Shown: positions 13,004 to 26,249 of the stretch, one piece after another | Layout: each line of letters opens with the position of its first letter | Position numbering within the stretch: position 1 is the stretch's first letter | NCBI GenBank assembly: GCA_951406725.2 | Contig: OX597832.1 | Coordinates: 36,456,001 to 36,520,000 of the forward strand | Reading direction: 5' to 3' | Source of the DNA: Octopus vulgaris | Taxonomy: Eukaryota | DNA: 64,000 nucleotides | Notes under the pieces: generated by a model | What the model saw: the letters and a program-made list of their open reading frames with translations, nothing else | Databases searched by the model: none | What the model was told of the DNA's origin: nothing | Made by a program: the position numbers and the translations under genes

Positions 13004-13779
13004 CTTATAATGCCATGTGCTCCTGTTGTTCTTTTTGAAATAGTTCAATATGTAATGTTATTGAACTACTTTGGAAAATTAAAGGATTTCACAAATCCTA
13101 ACATATGGAGTTGTAAAATGTCCCAGAAATTGAAATTATTTTTTCTTTGTTTTTGTAAACCTAAACATGTTTTGAAATCTGAGATACATAGTTCTGAACA
13201 GTTTTTCTTTGCTAATAATATTTTCAATATGGTATAGAATTAATAAGCTGATGTTTCATGTATTTATGGCACTATGAAATGGCTCATTTTTCTGCCTCTT
13301 TACTACAGATATGAGAAATTGAATTGAAATTTCTTTTGATCAGCTTGCGTTTTTGTTGTGAAGTTTATTTGAAATTCTTCTCAATTATCATGCATCAAAG
13401 AAATTGTTGATACGATTGACGAACAATGGAATATTTAATGTTGAATTTAATTAAAATTTATACCCCGTTGTTAAAAATAGTTTCAGCATATAAAATCACT
13501 TTGAGTATCCAGCTGCTGCACAGAGTATAAATATTATTATTTTCTAGCCATGGTAGACATAAGTGTTTACTTACCCATAAAAATACTTGACACTTTAGTA
13601 TACACTTACACTCCATACAGACATTGGTGTGCAGTCACACTCCAAATAAAAACACTCCATACTTTAAATGTATACTTACACTCTTTGTAAAGAACATTAT
13701 TTTTTAGTGTACAGTCACATGCCGTTTAGGATCACTACTCTTTAATGTACTCTTATAACAAATACTCCATACACTAGTG

Positions 13780-14123
13780 CAGTGGCTCTCAACTAGGGTC
13801 TGTATGACCCGTAAGTGTCCATGTAAGATTTTTTGGGCTCCACACAAGCTAAATAGTAAATAGGGTACCCATAGTAGTATTTTAAGGGTCCATAAAAATT
13901 TTTTGCTTTAGAAGTGTTTTATTGCAGCAAGGTTTCTTTCTCTATCATTTTACATAATTCACCTGGACACAAGTTAATGAGTGAGCAGCCATTTAGGAAT
14001 TTTGAAAGTATCTATAAAACTAGTTTTTAAATATCAAATGGCTATGGGGGGGGGGTCCATCAAAGTAAAATGGTAATCAAAGTAATCCATAGGTAAGAAA
14101 ATAAAATTGACTGAGAACCACTG
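13780..14123. mobile_element. hAT/Charlie-type MITE (~345 bp)
   Basis: Imperfect TIRs CAGTGGCTCTCAAC ... ACTGAGAACCACTG; the left flank cactagtg fits the Charlie NNCTAGNN target, but the TSD is not cleanly preserved. Confidence 0.7.
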
Positions 14124-14627
14124 CTGTAAGTGTATATTTACACTCAGGAAAGAATGCAAGATCTTCTTCATGGTCAATGGGCTTGTTAGAAGTAGAAGGC
14201 AAATCTCCATGGAATCACATCTTAAAAAGAAGTCCTAGATTTTATCTGAATAAGAGATAGGGTTGCCCTTGTCTAGGATCATGGGTCTCCTGGATCAGAG
14301 CTGACTTGGGACTTAATAAACTTTATCTTTCACTCTCAATTACTTTTTATTTATTTTTTAATTAAAAAAAAGTAATAATTGTGGGACTAAAACGTTGGTC
14401 CCAGTGTTGGTAGTGTGGGTAGCCAACAAGTTGCCAATTGTAGTAGACTAGTAGGCAAGGATAAAACTATAAGTTAAAAAGGGTAGCAAACCACCATCAT
14501 TACCACCAATATATCAATGTGTGTGTCGAAGCAGAATGGTCATACAGTTAAGCAGCTCACTTTGATACCATGGGGTCCTGGTTCCATTCTCATTGGATGG
14601 CAGTTGGGGCAAATATCATATTCTATA

Positions 14628-14845
14628 TCTGTTTCTTTATTACCCACAAGGGGCTAAACATAGAGGGGACAAACAAGGACAGACAAACAGATTAAGTCGA
14701 TTACATTGACCCCAGTGCATAACTGGTACTTAATTTATTGACCCTGAAAAGATGAAAGGCAAAGTTGGCCTTGGCAGAATTTGAACTCAGAATGTTGCAG
14801 TGGACGAAATACAGCTACGCATTTCGCCCGCGTGCTAACGTTTCT
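14628..14845 (-). mobile_element. tRNA-derived SINE family B (long-tail variant), nested in an older SINE
   Basis: ttctttattacccacaaggggctaaac...gaaaggcaaagt...gaatttgaactcag; near-identical to 20708-20938. Confidence 0.85.
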
Positions 14846-15444
14846 TTAACCCAACCCACACTTTGGGAGTAAAACTAGGGTCAGTGAAAAGCTGTATAGA
14901 AACCTGTGTGGACTGTACTTGTAATTCAAAAGGTACAGCTTCATCCGTACACCTGAAAATTACTGTAAAGGTACACGTTTGTGGTATACTCAGCCACATA
15001 AATGTTTATTAAGGAGCAGGTGACTCAGTTGATTGAATAATTGAATCGTTGTTGAGCAGTGGAGATGCACCATGCGCCTGTGTCTGCACACGCATGTGAT
15101 AAGTTCTCTCTCTTCACCATTTCTGGCAAAGGAAAAAAACAAAAACACAAAATAAGAAACCAACCCCAAACTGGTAATATTCTCTCACCTGTCTGTTGTA
15201 ACTTCTAATCTGGTCATGCCTAAAATGTTTTGAGAAACACCGAAATACTTGACATAATCTTCATTTCTAGCTTTCACGCTCAATATATTTCCATAAATCA
15301 TCATAATCATCTCTCAATACTCCACCCTTCCTTGGTCTCATACTTTATAATTTAATGGCAAATACCTATTGCTGCCCCAAGTACTTTGGTACTTCACATT
15401 TTTTATATTTATTATTCAATGTTGTTGTTGTTATATTATTATTA

Positions 15445-15845
15445 AGGTGGTTAGCTGGCAGAATTGCTAGCACATCAAGCATAATGCTTTGTCTGTCTGT
15501 AGGTTCTGAGTTCAAATACTGCTGAAGTCAACTTTAAATTTCATCTTTCAGGTTGATGAAATAATTACCAGTTATGCACTGGGGTCAATATAATTAACTT
15601 ATGCCCTCCCCCAAAATTACTGGCCTTGTGCCAAAATTTGAAATCAATGTCTAACGTGGTGAGCTGGCAGAACTGTTAGCATGCTTGGCAAAATGCTTAG
15701 CAGCATTTTGTCTGTCTTTATGTTCTGAGTTCAAATTCCGCCGAGGTCAACTATGCTTTCAGGGTCAATAAAATGAGTACCTGTTGAACACTGGGGTCAA
15801 TGTAATCGACTAGCTCTGCTGGCCTTGTGCCAAAATCTGAAACTA
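15445..15845 (+). mobile_element. Two tandem SINE family B copies (short-tail variant)
   Basis: Units at ~15445-15648 and ~15655-15845, each agctggcagaa...gagttcaaat...ggccttgtgccaaaat. Confidence 0.85.
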
Positions 15846-15990
15846 TTATTATTGTTATTGTTTTTATAATTTATACTTGTGATAATATTGAATTTTCAAT
15901 CTCTTTCCCAATATTTCAACAGACTTTAGAGTTTGGCTTTTTTTAAATAACATTTCTATTTATTGGGTGTATATATATATATAACCACTA

Positions 15991-16290
15991 GGTGCATGGC
16001 CTAGTGGTTAGGGTGTTGCACCCATGATCTAGTGATTGTGATTTCGATTCCTGGTTTGGGTGGTGCATTATGTTCTTGAGCAAAACACTTCATTTCATGT
16101 TGCCCTGTGATCACTTTGACACCTGATGTGTGGCACACCTGTGCACCTGTTCAGACAGCATCGATTTGATGGAGAGAGTGAGATGATGTGTGGCACAAGC
16201 ATTTGATCACTATAAACAACTCATTTGTGCAGGTTGTTCGATATAAGCTGAACACTCATATGTTGTCTTCAGCAGGAGAGTCCATCATGT
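15991..16290 (+). mobile_element. tRNA-derived SINE family C
   Basis: A-box tggcctagtggttagg, B-box tttcgattcc, then tgttcttgagcaaaacactt. Related heads at ~24715-24870 and ~52325-52520. Confidence 0.7.
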
Positions 16291-18131
16291 ATTAAAAAAA
16301 GTAAATACACACACACACACACATACACACACATGTATGTGTGTGTATGTGTTAACATGTATATTCATACTTATGTCTGCTGATAGCTTTTTCCATGATA
16401 TAAGGGTAAAGTCCCTAAACTTTCTGCTGTTTTCACGGCTGTACTGCATTCAGAATATTACTTTCCTGTCTCTATATATGATACGATACACATTCGATGC
16501 TTCCAAAAACAAAAAAACAAGTTTGTTTACATATGTTGTTGCATACACACACATACACGCATGCACGTGCGCACACACATATATCAAAAAGATGGGATGG
16601 TCATGGATGAGAAGTCTTTGATCATAGATCTCTTTACTTGGAGCTTACTTGAGGCTAACAACAACCAGCTCTGTTCTGTGGACAGCATCTAATTAATACA
16701 CACACACACACACACACACACACATGCAGGTGCACATGCCATCATGCGTGTAGAGACAAAACCTGTGTCCACCTAAACATACATTATTCAGATATTTGCA
16801 AAGAGAAACCTGTTACATGCACACGCACACACACGCACACATGCACACACACGCACACATGCACACACATACGCACGCACTCACACATACGTGCACACAC
16901 ACACACACATACACACACATGCACAGTCACTCATGCATAAGAATATATGCTACTCATTCTCTCCTATTGATAATTCCAATCATCCAAATCTTTTGTCTTT
17001 GTTTCTCTACTTTCACTTTTGCACAAATTCCTTATGTTCAGTTTTTTAAACTATTCTCTCGTGGTTTTTGCTCTCCCTCTTTCTGCTTCTCTTCTCTCAC
17101 TACACCCCTCTCCTAATTTCTCTATTCTTCTCCTCTCCTATCTCTCTACCACTATCACTCCTTATTTCCCCTTTTCCTCCCTTATATCTCTCCCTCTTTT
17201 TTCCCTGCCTTCCTTCATTGTATCTCTTTCACTCTCTCTTTGTCTCAAATTCTACCACAATTCTGGCATCCTCCCAACACTAACATTGAAATACTAAATT
17301 CTGCACTACTTTCTCTCCCTCTCTCTCCTTCCTCTTCCTTCTTGCTTAATTGTTCTGTCATGGAATCTATGTACATCTATACACTTACTTTGCAATTATT
17401 CAATGCGAAAATGCACCAATTCTTACCATTGTCTTGTTTACTGCAGAAAGATTCTGTTGAAATCAATACTGATTTTTGTGTAATTCATACATTCGTTGAC
17501 CTAGGCTAACAGTACGCACCCGACACCTATCACACTCTTTAATTACTGACCGTTCTGCTAGGGACCACTAGGGGCCACTACCAAATTAGCAGTATGTGAG
17601 TTCAAATCTATTGCAATTCATTCAGTTGGCCAGCCTTACATATTCCAGATCTTTCTTCTCTTTTAAATCACTCATGAAAGACTGTTGTTCTATCTAGGGT
17701 GTGATTCCTCCCCCCCTCATCTGTTAAATGGTTTGAATCTAATGCTAAGTATGTATCTTTCAAGGGAATTTAGAATTATGTTGAATCAATATGTAAATTT
17801 GAATGTCTGTTGTTCAGATACGGTCAAGGAATCACTGTTAATTTCACCACCCCCAACTCTCCCATCCTCTAACCATTTCACATTTTCTCTTCTCCCTCAA
17901 TTTCTACCCATTTATTAATTTCTTATCTGTTGAATTCATAGATCTGGATCTAAATATGTCATTGCTGTTGTTGATGCTTAAAAAAAGAAAACCTTTTCGA
18001 ACGCCAGAGCAGTTGAAAATTTTCATAATTCTGGAGTTATGATATCTAAAGCTTACTATTACCCATCAGTCTTCAGGTGTGTGTGGTGCTGCTGTCATGC
18101 ACTCAGACTGAGGCAACTATAGTAGCCTGCC

Positions 18132-18332
18132 TTTATCTTTTATTTGTTTCCATTATTGGATTCTGACCATGCTAGGGCATCGCCTTGTCGGGTTTAGTTG
18201 AGAAAATCAGCCCTAGTACCCATTTTTAAAGTTTGTTCTTATTCTATCGGCTTGTTTTGCTGAACTGCTAAGTTATGGGGATATATACAAGACCAACACT
18301 GGTTGTGAAGTGGTGGGGGTAGGGACAAACAC
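18132..18332 (-). mobile_element. SINE family A, 3' half
   Basis: cttttatttgtttcc...ccatgctagggcatcgcc...ttgctgaactgctaagtta. Confidence 0.7.
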
Positions 18333-19457
18333 ATACTTATCTCACTGTATTGACTAAACTATCGGATGTTGGTAGACCCTGCTGGTCACAATTGCTTCCT
18401 TGCATTGTTGTAGCTTTCAAGTGATGCCACCTCACTCCCAGTGACCATAACTGATGGTCATTTTATTGACTCTGAAAGGAAGAAAAAAGCATAGCTAAAC
18501 CATAGGGATTTGAACTCAGAATGTCAAGGGATATAACCAAATACACCAAGGTACTTCTTAATCACACAGTCACACCTGTTTTTATTGTGTGTGTGCACAT
18601 TTTTGTAAATCAGTAAGTTGAATAGTGTGTCATTTCAAAGTATAACTTAGCAATTTGATAAATTAGAGATCAATAAAATACGTAAAGGGATCGATATAGT
18701 TGTCTAAAACCCATGAAGATGGTGCTCCACCATGGCCATAGTCATGTTTTACTAAGTTAAGCTATCATTGCATAGTTTAGAAGGGTATCGCTTCAATGAA
18801 ATGTCATCTTTCAACAGGTAAAAAAGAAAGCAAAAAAGCCCAGTTTCTTCACCCAACCTCTGTATTATCGACTCTGGAATTCTTTCATAAACACAATAAC
18901 ATGATAAACATCATTCAGGCTAACAAACACAACTTAGGTAATGTCACCATTAACTGAAATTATTTTTTTTTAAAGATAATTAAAAGCCAACCAGCCCACA
19001 CTTCATAAAATGTCTTCCAACAAAACACCGGAAATTAAAGTGTAGGTGGTTATGTTATAAAAATATTCCTCTGTTCATCATGATTATCTTCATTACTGAA
19101 TTTAATTGATCTAACCTTTTCAGAAAATGAAGGGAAAAAGACCTTAGAATTGCACTAATTATAATTTGGTTTTGTTTTAATTTTTTTTTCAAATAAAAAC
19201 TAAATATTTTCTATAGAATATATAAATCTGAGGCAAGCTGATGCTAACATTTATATTTCGACCTTCCAAAATTTTTCTTCCCTCAAACCAGAATGTAATG
19301 TTTTGAGAAATTTTAATCATATCATTTTTTTTTTACTATTTCTCATTTTTGATTTGAAATTTAGAATTTTCATGGCAACATTCTGTCATTAGTTTTGTGA
19401 AATTGTTTATTGAATTTTAAATTAAATATTACTTTTGGTTTTTTTCAATTTCATGAC

Positions 19458-19673
19458 AACCCTTTAGCATTCAGAATTACTCTGTCAAAAGTAATGCTTA
19501 TTTATTCTCATTGCTTTGAATTATTTTGTAACTTTGAGAGTTTGATGAGGTAACTCTTAATGTTTAGAATGATAATGTCGGGTTGGTGTAATAGGCCAGA
19601 TCCAACCAGTTTGAACATAAAATAGGTAGAATATTTTGGCTGGATTTGACTGGTTTAAATGCTAATGGGTTAA
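19458..19673 (+). mobile_element. piggyBac-type MITE family 1
   Basis: aa|ccctttagcattcag...aaatgctaatggg|TTAA. Confidence 0.85.
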
Positions 19674-19803
19674 TGGTTGCCTTTTGGTATTTTTGATCAG
19701 CATTAAACAAAAACTATTTGTCATGCTAATAATACAGGTCCATGCAGTTCTATAATGTTTGGCAGTTACATATTACCAGTTGGCATGAAATTTAAAGGAT
19801 GAC

Positions 19804-20000
19804 TTAACCGTTTTGATACCAATCCAGCCAAAACCGCCTCTGGCTCTGTAGTACAAATGTCTTGTTTTCATAAGTTTTGAATTAAAATCTTCCACCAAAT
19901 CTTAGTCACAATTTATGTTCCCAACACTAGCTTAATGGTAACTAAATTCTTTTATTAAATTCTTTGTTATATTTAAAATTAAATGAATGAAGCACAGAGC
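19804..20000 (-). mobile_element. TTAA-flanked MITE family 2 (reverse, partial)
   Basis: TTAA|ccgttttgatacc...aatttatgttcccaacactagcttaat. Confidence 0.65.
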
Positions 20001-20707
20001 CTAGGCATGTGTCCCAGGGGGGAACTTTCTTGGTGCAATTCCATGGTCATTCGTGACCAAAAAGATTCTTTACCTTAGTATAATATAGGATTATTTTATT
20101 CACTGAAGTTATGTCTTTACATAGCACCTGTATCTCCTTCTCTATATTTCGGTATTTACCGAAATATAAAGAAATCAATCATTATAAGCGCTAATTGCAG
20201 ACAGAAAGAGCAGAAGCCCCAAAGACAGGATTAAAAGAGTGTATCTGTTTCTTGCCGAGCAATGACATCATTAATTAAATGAGTCATCATGGTTTATGAT
20301 GAGGTTAATATTGAAATGTCACTCGTTCAAGTGGTTCACATGCGGCATTCTGCAGCGATGGTGCATATAAATGATTAAGTGGAGGAGTTTGAGAGTTTGG
20401 AAATAAGAAAATTGGCAACTGCTGCTTTCATTTTGGCACATTTTTGGTTTCTTTTGCTTTGAGCAAACGCATCCACTTAAAAATTCTAGTGAGATTTTTG
20501 TTTTATATCTTCTTCATTTTTTGGTGAGGTTTTTATGTACCGAAAGGTTAGTTTGTATGTTTTAGGTGGTGCAGAGTTGGGCTGGTTGTGAGGTTGCACA
20601 AGGGATGTTTGCTATTAAAAATAGCTTTTACTATTTGTGGCCTGAAACATTCATTAATGTATAAACAAGGGAGGCTCTGCAAGTTGATTAACCTGCTAAA
20701 AATACCT

Positions 20708-20938
20708 ATTTCTTTACTACCCACAAGGGGCTAAACACACAGGGGACAAATAAGGACAGACAAAGGGATTAAGTCAATCACATCGACCCCAGTGCGTAAC
20801 TGGTACTTAATTTATCGACCCTGAAAGGATGAAAGGCAAAGTTGACCTCAGCGGAATTTGAACTCAGAACATAATGGCAGACGAAATACGGCTACGCATT
20901 TCGCCCGGTGTGCTAATGTTTCTGCCAGTTCACCACCT
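20708..20938 (-). mobile_element. SINE family B, full length, 11-bp TSD
   Basis: TSD taaaaatacct at 20697-20707 and 20939-20949; B-box gagttcaaattcc. Confidence 0.9.
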
Positions 20939-20951
20939 TAAAAATACCTGT

Positions 20952-21153
20952 TTAACCCTTGAGCATTGAGATTGTTCTGTCAAATGCGATGCTTATTTAT
21001 TCAAATTGTTTTGAATTCATCATGCACTTCCTTCCTTGTAGCTTTGAGATTTCAATGATGTGAGAACATTGTAGGATTTGATCTGGTCAGTTTGAACATA
21101 AAACAGGTCGAATATTTGGACCTGATATGGCCAGTTTGAGTAGGAAAGGATAA
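20952..21153 (+). mobile_element. piggyBac-type MITE family 1 (internal deletions)
   Basis: TTAA|cccttgagcattgagattgttctgtcaaatg...gatatggccagttt. Confidence 0.8.
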
Positions 21154-21231
21154 AATTTCACTCCCAGTCTTACCCTGCTGCCTTACATTGGATAATGTAG
21201 TCCTAGATACATAATGACTGGATAAAAGATA

Positions 21232-21456
21232 TTCTTTTGCATGTTTCAGTCATTTGATTGCAGCCATGCTGGAGCACTGTCTTTAAGGGTTTCTAGTAAA
21301 ACAAATTGACCTCAGGACTTATTCTTTGTAAGCCTAGTACTTATTCTATTGGTCTCTTTTGCCAAACCACTAAGTTATAGGGACATAAACACACCACCAT
21401 TGATTGTCAAGCAATGGTGGAGGGACAAACAAAGACTCACATGCATACACACACAC

Positions 21457-21511
<55 letters not shown>

Positions 21512-21685
21512 ATGTATACACACACACACATATATATGTATGTATATATATATATATATATATAAATGGGCTTCTTTCAGTTTCCATTAACCAAATCCAC
21601 TCTCAAAGCTTTGGTCAGCCCAAGGTGCCATGCAATGGGACTGAACCCAGAACCATGTGGTTGGGAAGCAAGCCTCTTACCACCT
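21232..21685 (-). mobile_element. SINE family A
   Basis: tgtttcagtcatttgattgcagccatgctggagcac...(TA)n...ggttgggaagcaagc. Confidence 0.85.
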
Positions 21686-22354
21686 AGCATCACAATTAGG
21701 ACTTTAATTATAGATCTGTTGTATCACATGTTTAATAACATTTATACTGAGTTCATTTTGATGTAGAGTGGATTGAACTGGTTAAACAGGGCAACTGTAT
21801 AAGGGCTTCTGTCATGACCTCTGACTCCTGGAGGATATCACTTAGTTCTACTAGCTTCTGACATGATCCACTGGAAACCATGATTTAGTTCTGCTAGCTT
21901 CCATCATGATCCAATATCACAACATGTAACTTAAGTATTGCTAATGTTTGTTAATTTGACACAGCTTAAACTTCTTACAACTGTCAGCTTTACCAACCAT
22001 TCCATTGATGCCTGTTCACAGCTGGGATGAACTGAGCCTGCAAAACTCATTTGTCTGGATCAGTTCATTGTCAGGCTGACACCTCATTGTCACCACAGTC
22101 AATTATGGCCTCTACTGTAAATTATTAGACTAAATACAATCATTAGAACATCAGAACAAATTCCTTGCTGCATTTGTTCTGGTTACTTGCATTCTGAGCT
22201 TAAATTCTGCTGGGATCAACTTTGCCCGGCATCATTTTGGGGCTGATAAAATAACTTACTAATTAATGGTATCAATAAATCTCCTCCCACTAAATTCCAG
22301 ATCTTGTGCCTCTGGCAGAAAGTATTGTTATTGTTATTATTATTGTTGTTGTTA

Positions 22355-22890
22355 AGGCAAGAAAGATAGCAGCTCTCTGAACTTTGCTCAGCCTGTTCTT
22401 ATTTAAGCAACTACACTTTCAGAATTCTGTCCTCCACAGCTAAGTTGCCTTGGTAACAGAAGCTATCTACTACAAATATTTGAAGAAGTCTATTCTCTGT
22501 GTGTTCTCAGTATTTATTGCACCTGCCCATCTGTCCCACACAAAGACTACTTTTTCTGTTAACCATCCTGTCATACCGCTGTAGTTCTTTTGTGTCCATA
22601 GCTTGCACTTTGTACACTGTATGGAGTTTCTACCAACACCTTTCCTACATAATGAACTGGGCCTTCTTGAAGGGACTTGAGATTTGTCTGTTTTCCTACT
22701 TATTAGGAGTTTGGTCTGAGATAAATTAATTCTAAGGCCCATCGATTTCAGACTTTGCTTCCACACCTGAAATTTCCTCTCTAGTTCAGGTAGTGATTTA
22801 GCTATAGGAACATGGTCATCAGTGTACAGGAGCTCCCAGGGGCAGCCAGTTTGAAATTCCTCTGTTAAAGCCTAGAAAACTATAATAAAC
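22355..22890 (-). mobile_element. RTE-type LINE relic (RT C-terminal part)
   Basis: GCPWELLYTDD (YADD-like) ... WKQSLKSMGLRINLSQTK ... CRKGVGRNSIQCTKCKLW ... VDSFCY ... KFRELL; stops and frameshifts present. Confidence 0.8.
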
Positions 22891-23299
22891 GATAGAAAAA
22901 TTCATAAGAAATTATTAAATTCATTTTTAATTATTCTGTAAAAGTAAATGAAAATATTTCAGGAAGATTTAATGGAAAAAATAAATGAAAGAGGAGAATA
23001 TTTTTGAAAATTACTGATGAAATGTAATTAAAAGCTTTGTTGCTCTATTTAACATGCCAGAGGTTATGGAATTTAATTATGGTTGGAATAAATATTAAAA
23101 ACAATCTTTTATGGGAAAATTATTCAGAAATAAAATATAATTACTCACCTAAATACTTACTTCATATGTTATGATTGTGAAAATGGTAAACTGAATCTTT
23201 TCTGATTGAATTATATGTGTGTCTTTTTTTTATTGTATTGGAGCCTCTGTGTGTGTGTGTGTGTGTGTATTGCAGCATCTCTTATGTGAGCTACGGCCT

Positions 23300-23800
23300 C
23301 TTGGGATTTAGTTTTCTTCATTTCTTCCCATCACTTCCTCGGGTTTCTGCAGATTCCTTCTATATGGATTACTTAACATTTGTTTACCCAACTGTCATTC
23401 TCGATGCACATCATATACTCATACCGTCTTCTCTCCACCACAAATTGTCTGATTCCTCTTCCACCCAGCTCTTTGTTCAGCTTATTTTGTGTTCCCTCAT
23501 TCATGAACGCTAATACTATTACACCAGCAAAGTTTGCATGTCTCATTTCTTTACAGACTTAGCAAACCCTCCACCTTCTGTTCCCATGTTTTGCTATCAT
23601 GCAACATTGCACTTTGTACACAAATATCACACAATCTGCCCTTCTCTCCGAGAGACAGAGAGAGAGCTCCCTTGTTGATAGCAGAGATAATTCCCTAGAC
23701 TTTTCCCACCTTGTTCTCACTCTGGCTATTACTCTACTTTTGAAACAACCACCTCTGTGGCTAATTAGGACACCTGGGCGGCAGCTGCTGTGAGCTGTTT
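23300..23800 (-). mobile_element. RTE-type LINE relic (post-RT C-terminal region)
   Basis: GGCFKSRVIARVRTRWEKSRELSLLSTRELSL resembles GGGC..AV.ARVR.GWKKFRELLPLLT; downstream frames resemble the MLHGSETW and MLRWMC motifs. Confidence 0.7.
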
Positions 23801-24916
23801 CCAGAGAGTCATTACAAGAAATGGTACCAGTGGGACAAAAAACTTCCTTTGTAACCATGTTAATATGTCAGACACTTGGTTTTGGAGACACACACAAAGA
23901 GGATGATATGGTGGCAACATGTGTAACCTGGCCTTGCAGACACATGTGGAAATAAACATGGTGCATAACACATGAGTATAGTAACATGTAGATAATGAAC
24001 ATGATGACATATGTGGGACAGGCATTTTTACATATGTTGTGCGTAGGCATGGTGACACATTTTGCAAGGTAATTCAGCACTGTAGCTTATGTCAAATCCA
24101 CATGGTTCGTGTATGAATGTTGTTATTGTCACCGATATTGAGGTCAGATCTTGTATTTAATCACTTCCTATCACCATGTGTGTGTGTACGTTTAAATAAG
24201 ACTGTGTGAGTTTTTATGTATTATAATATACATGAAAACTCTGAAACCTGAACTGAAGGATCATTCAAAACATTTGAATATCTCACATGTTGAAGTAAGG
24301 GCCCCACTAGCCCCACTACACTGATCAGGTGAATACCAAACACATAAATAAAACCTCTGGCAGTTAGGATACAGCTTACACGATCTCAGGGTAGCATTGT
24401 ATTATCGTATGATGCCCTGGTTAGGTAAGGGTTGCTACTGGTGCTGTGCTGTGTGTATCCCTCAACAGTGTCCAGCAGTATTTTGTTGACTACTTCAATA
24501 TCCTAACTTTAATTAGACTAAAATGTCTCTTTACTTCAAATGGACTCAAGTGTAGTGTTTGCTTTATCCATTGTTTATTCCCAAATTACTGGTCATTTTC
24601 CTCTGTGTCACAGCAGAGTTGGCTTAGACAATAGATAAGAGTTTAAATGGTCAAGATATTGAATCACCAGCACATTGATTGTGAGTTCAAACCCACTTCA
24701 AGTAGTTTTGTTGTTAGTAAATTAGGGTGTAGGGATCATTATCTGAAGGTCACGTGTTCAATTCTGGGATTAAGCAGTGTATTGTGTCCTTGAGCAAGGT
24801 GCTTCATATCATGTTGCACCAATCTGCTCAGCTAAAAAACGAGTACCAGTGAAGTGCTAGGGTAGCTCTCACTCCCCCCCCCTCTCTAACTATTACATCC
24901 TACATGTTCTGCAGGG

Positions 24917-25123
24917 TTAACCTTTCTGTTGAAATTCAATGTCTTTGTTTCAATAATTTTGAAGCCAATGAAAAATTTCTTAAAATCATTTTGTTCTTAT
25001 TAAGCTTTGTGTTTGGAATATAAATTAATATGAAATTTTGATGGGAAATTTTAATTTAGATCATTTAAAAAAGTTGTATAAGAGAACTAGGGTCAGTCTC
25101 AGATGGGTATCAAAAGGGGTTTG
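24917..25123 (+). mobile_element. TTAA-flanked MITE family 2
   Basis: TTAA|cctttctgttgaaat...gtgtttggaatataaattaa...ggtatcaaaagggg. Confidence 0.7.
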
Positions 25124-26033
25124 ATGAGCTGGGCAGCTCTCAATGTTTCTAACTACATAGATACCTAAAACAATTAGTGAAAGTACAGCTGCTTGCTGTA
25201 CTCGCTGGCAAGTGATAGGCTGTGGTTTTGGTTTTATTAAGTCCATTTAGATGCCAAGAGTTGATAAAAAAACGATATGGAAATATTTGTAATAAACTAG
25301 AGTTGCCTCTGCTAGTCTGAGATAATCCATGACAATAAACAGAATATTTAAACAGTATGTTACACTCCAGGTGAATATAGCTGTGACCTACTAACTCACC
25401 TGGAATTTTACCATTATTCTGACTCTTTCTAGAAATATAAACAGAAGACATCTACTATTGATTATTATTTGTAATATTTATTGTGAAGGTTTTATAGCAG
25501 CACATGAACAGGTGTTCATGTCGTTCTACTGAAGTGTGTGCATATGTGCACATGTTTGTTAAATTTCATTGTCTGTGTGAAATGCACACACACACACACA
25601 CATACAAGCACACACACACACACGAGCACATCATGAATACGCAATCCTTAAAAGTAGAGCATTCTGTCTGATATACCAAGATTCACCTCTCTACATGCTA
25701 ACTTCACCGATCTTATTCTACAGATCTCATAAACAAAAGAGGTTTATGTTTGTGTGCCATGTAGAATAAAGGGAGTTCTCTATCACCACCGTACCTATAC
25801 AAATGACTGAGCCTGTGTTTAGAATATCTTTGGCTTCTATATTTCTCAGATAAGTTCACAGACTTAGCTCTGCTATTCATCCTGTTGGCTAGTGTCTTAT
25901 TTATTTAGTATGTTAGATATTATTGATTAAGATAAATTATAGTTTGACATAAATCCTATTGATTGTTATCTAATGTTTATTGTAAAGGTTTTACTGCAGC
26001 TCATGGTCAGGTGTTCCCTACCATTCTATTGAG

Positions 26034-26067
<34 letters not shown>

Positions 26068-26116
26068 GTGTGTGTATGTATGTATGTATGTATGTATGTA
26101 TGTATGTATGTATGTG
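26034..26116. repeat. (TG)n/(TATG)n compound microsatellite
   Basis: Direct reading. Confidence 0.95.
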
Positions 26117-26249
26117 TAACTTAGTGTTTCATTGAAATCATGTCTGTAGTTTTGAGTTACTTTCCCCACCATGAACACACATGCAAAATACAATACATGC
26201 TACCCAAATGTATACACACACAAGCATAATAAGCATATAAAACACAACA

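Noticed and set aside
15991-16065. tRNA gene
   Set aside because: A and B boxes are present but there is no cloverleaf, and it continues into a SINE body.
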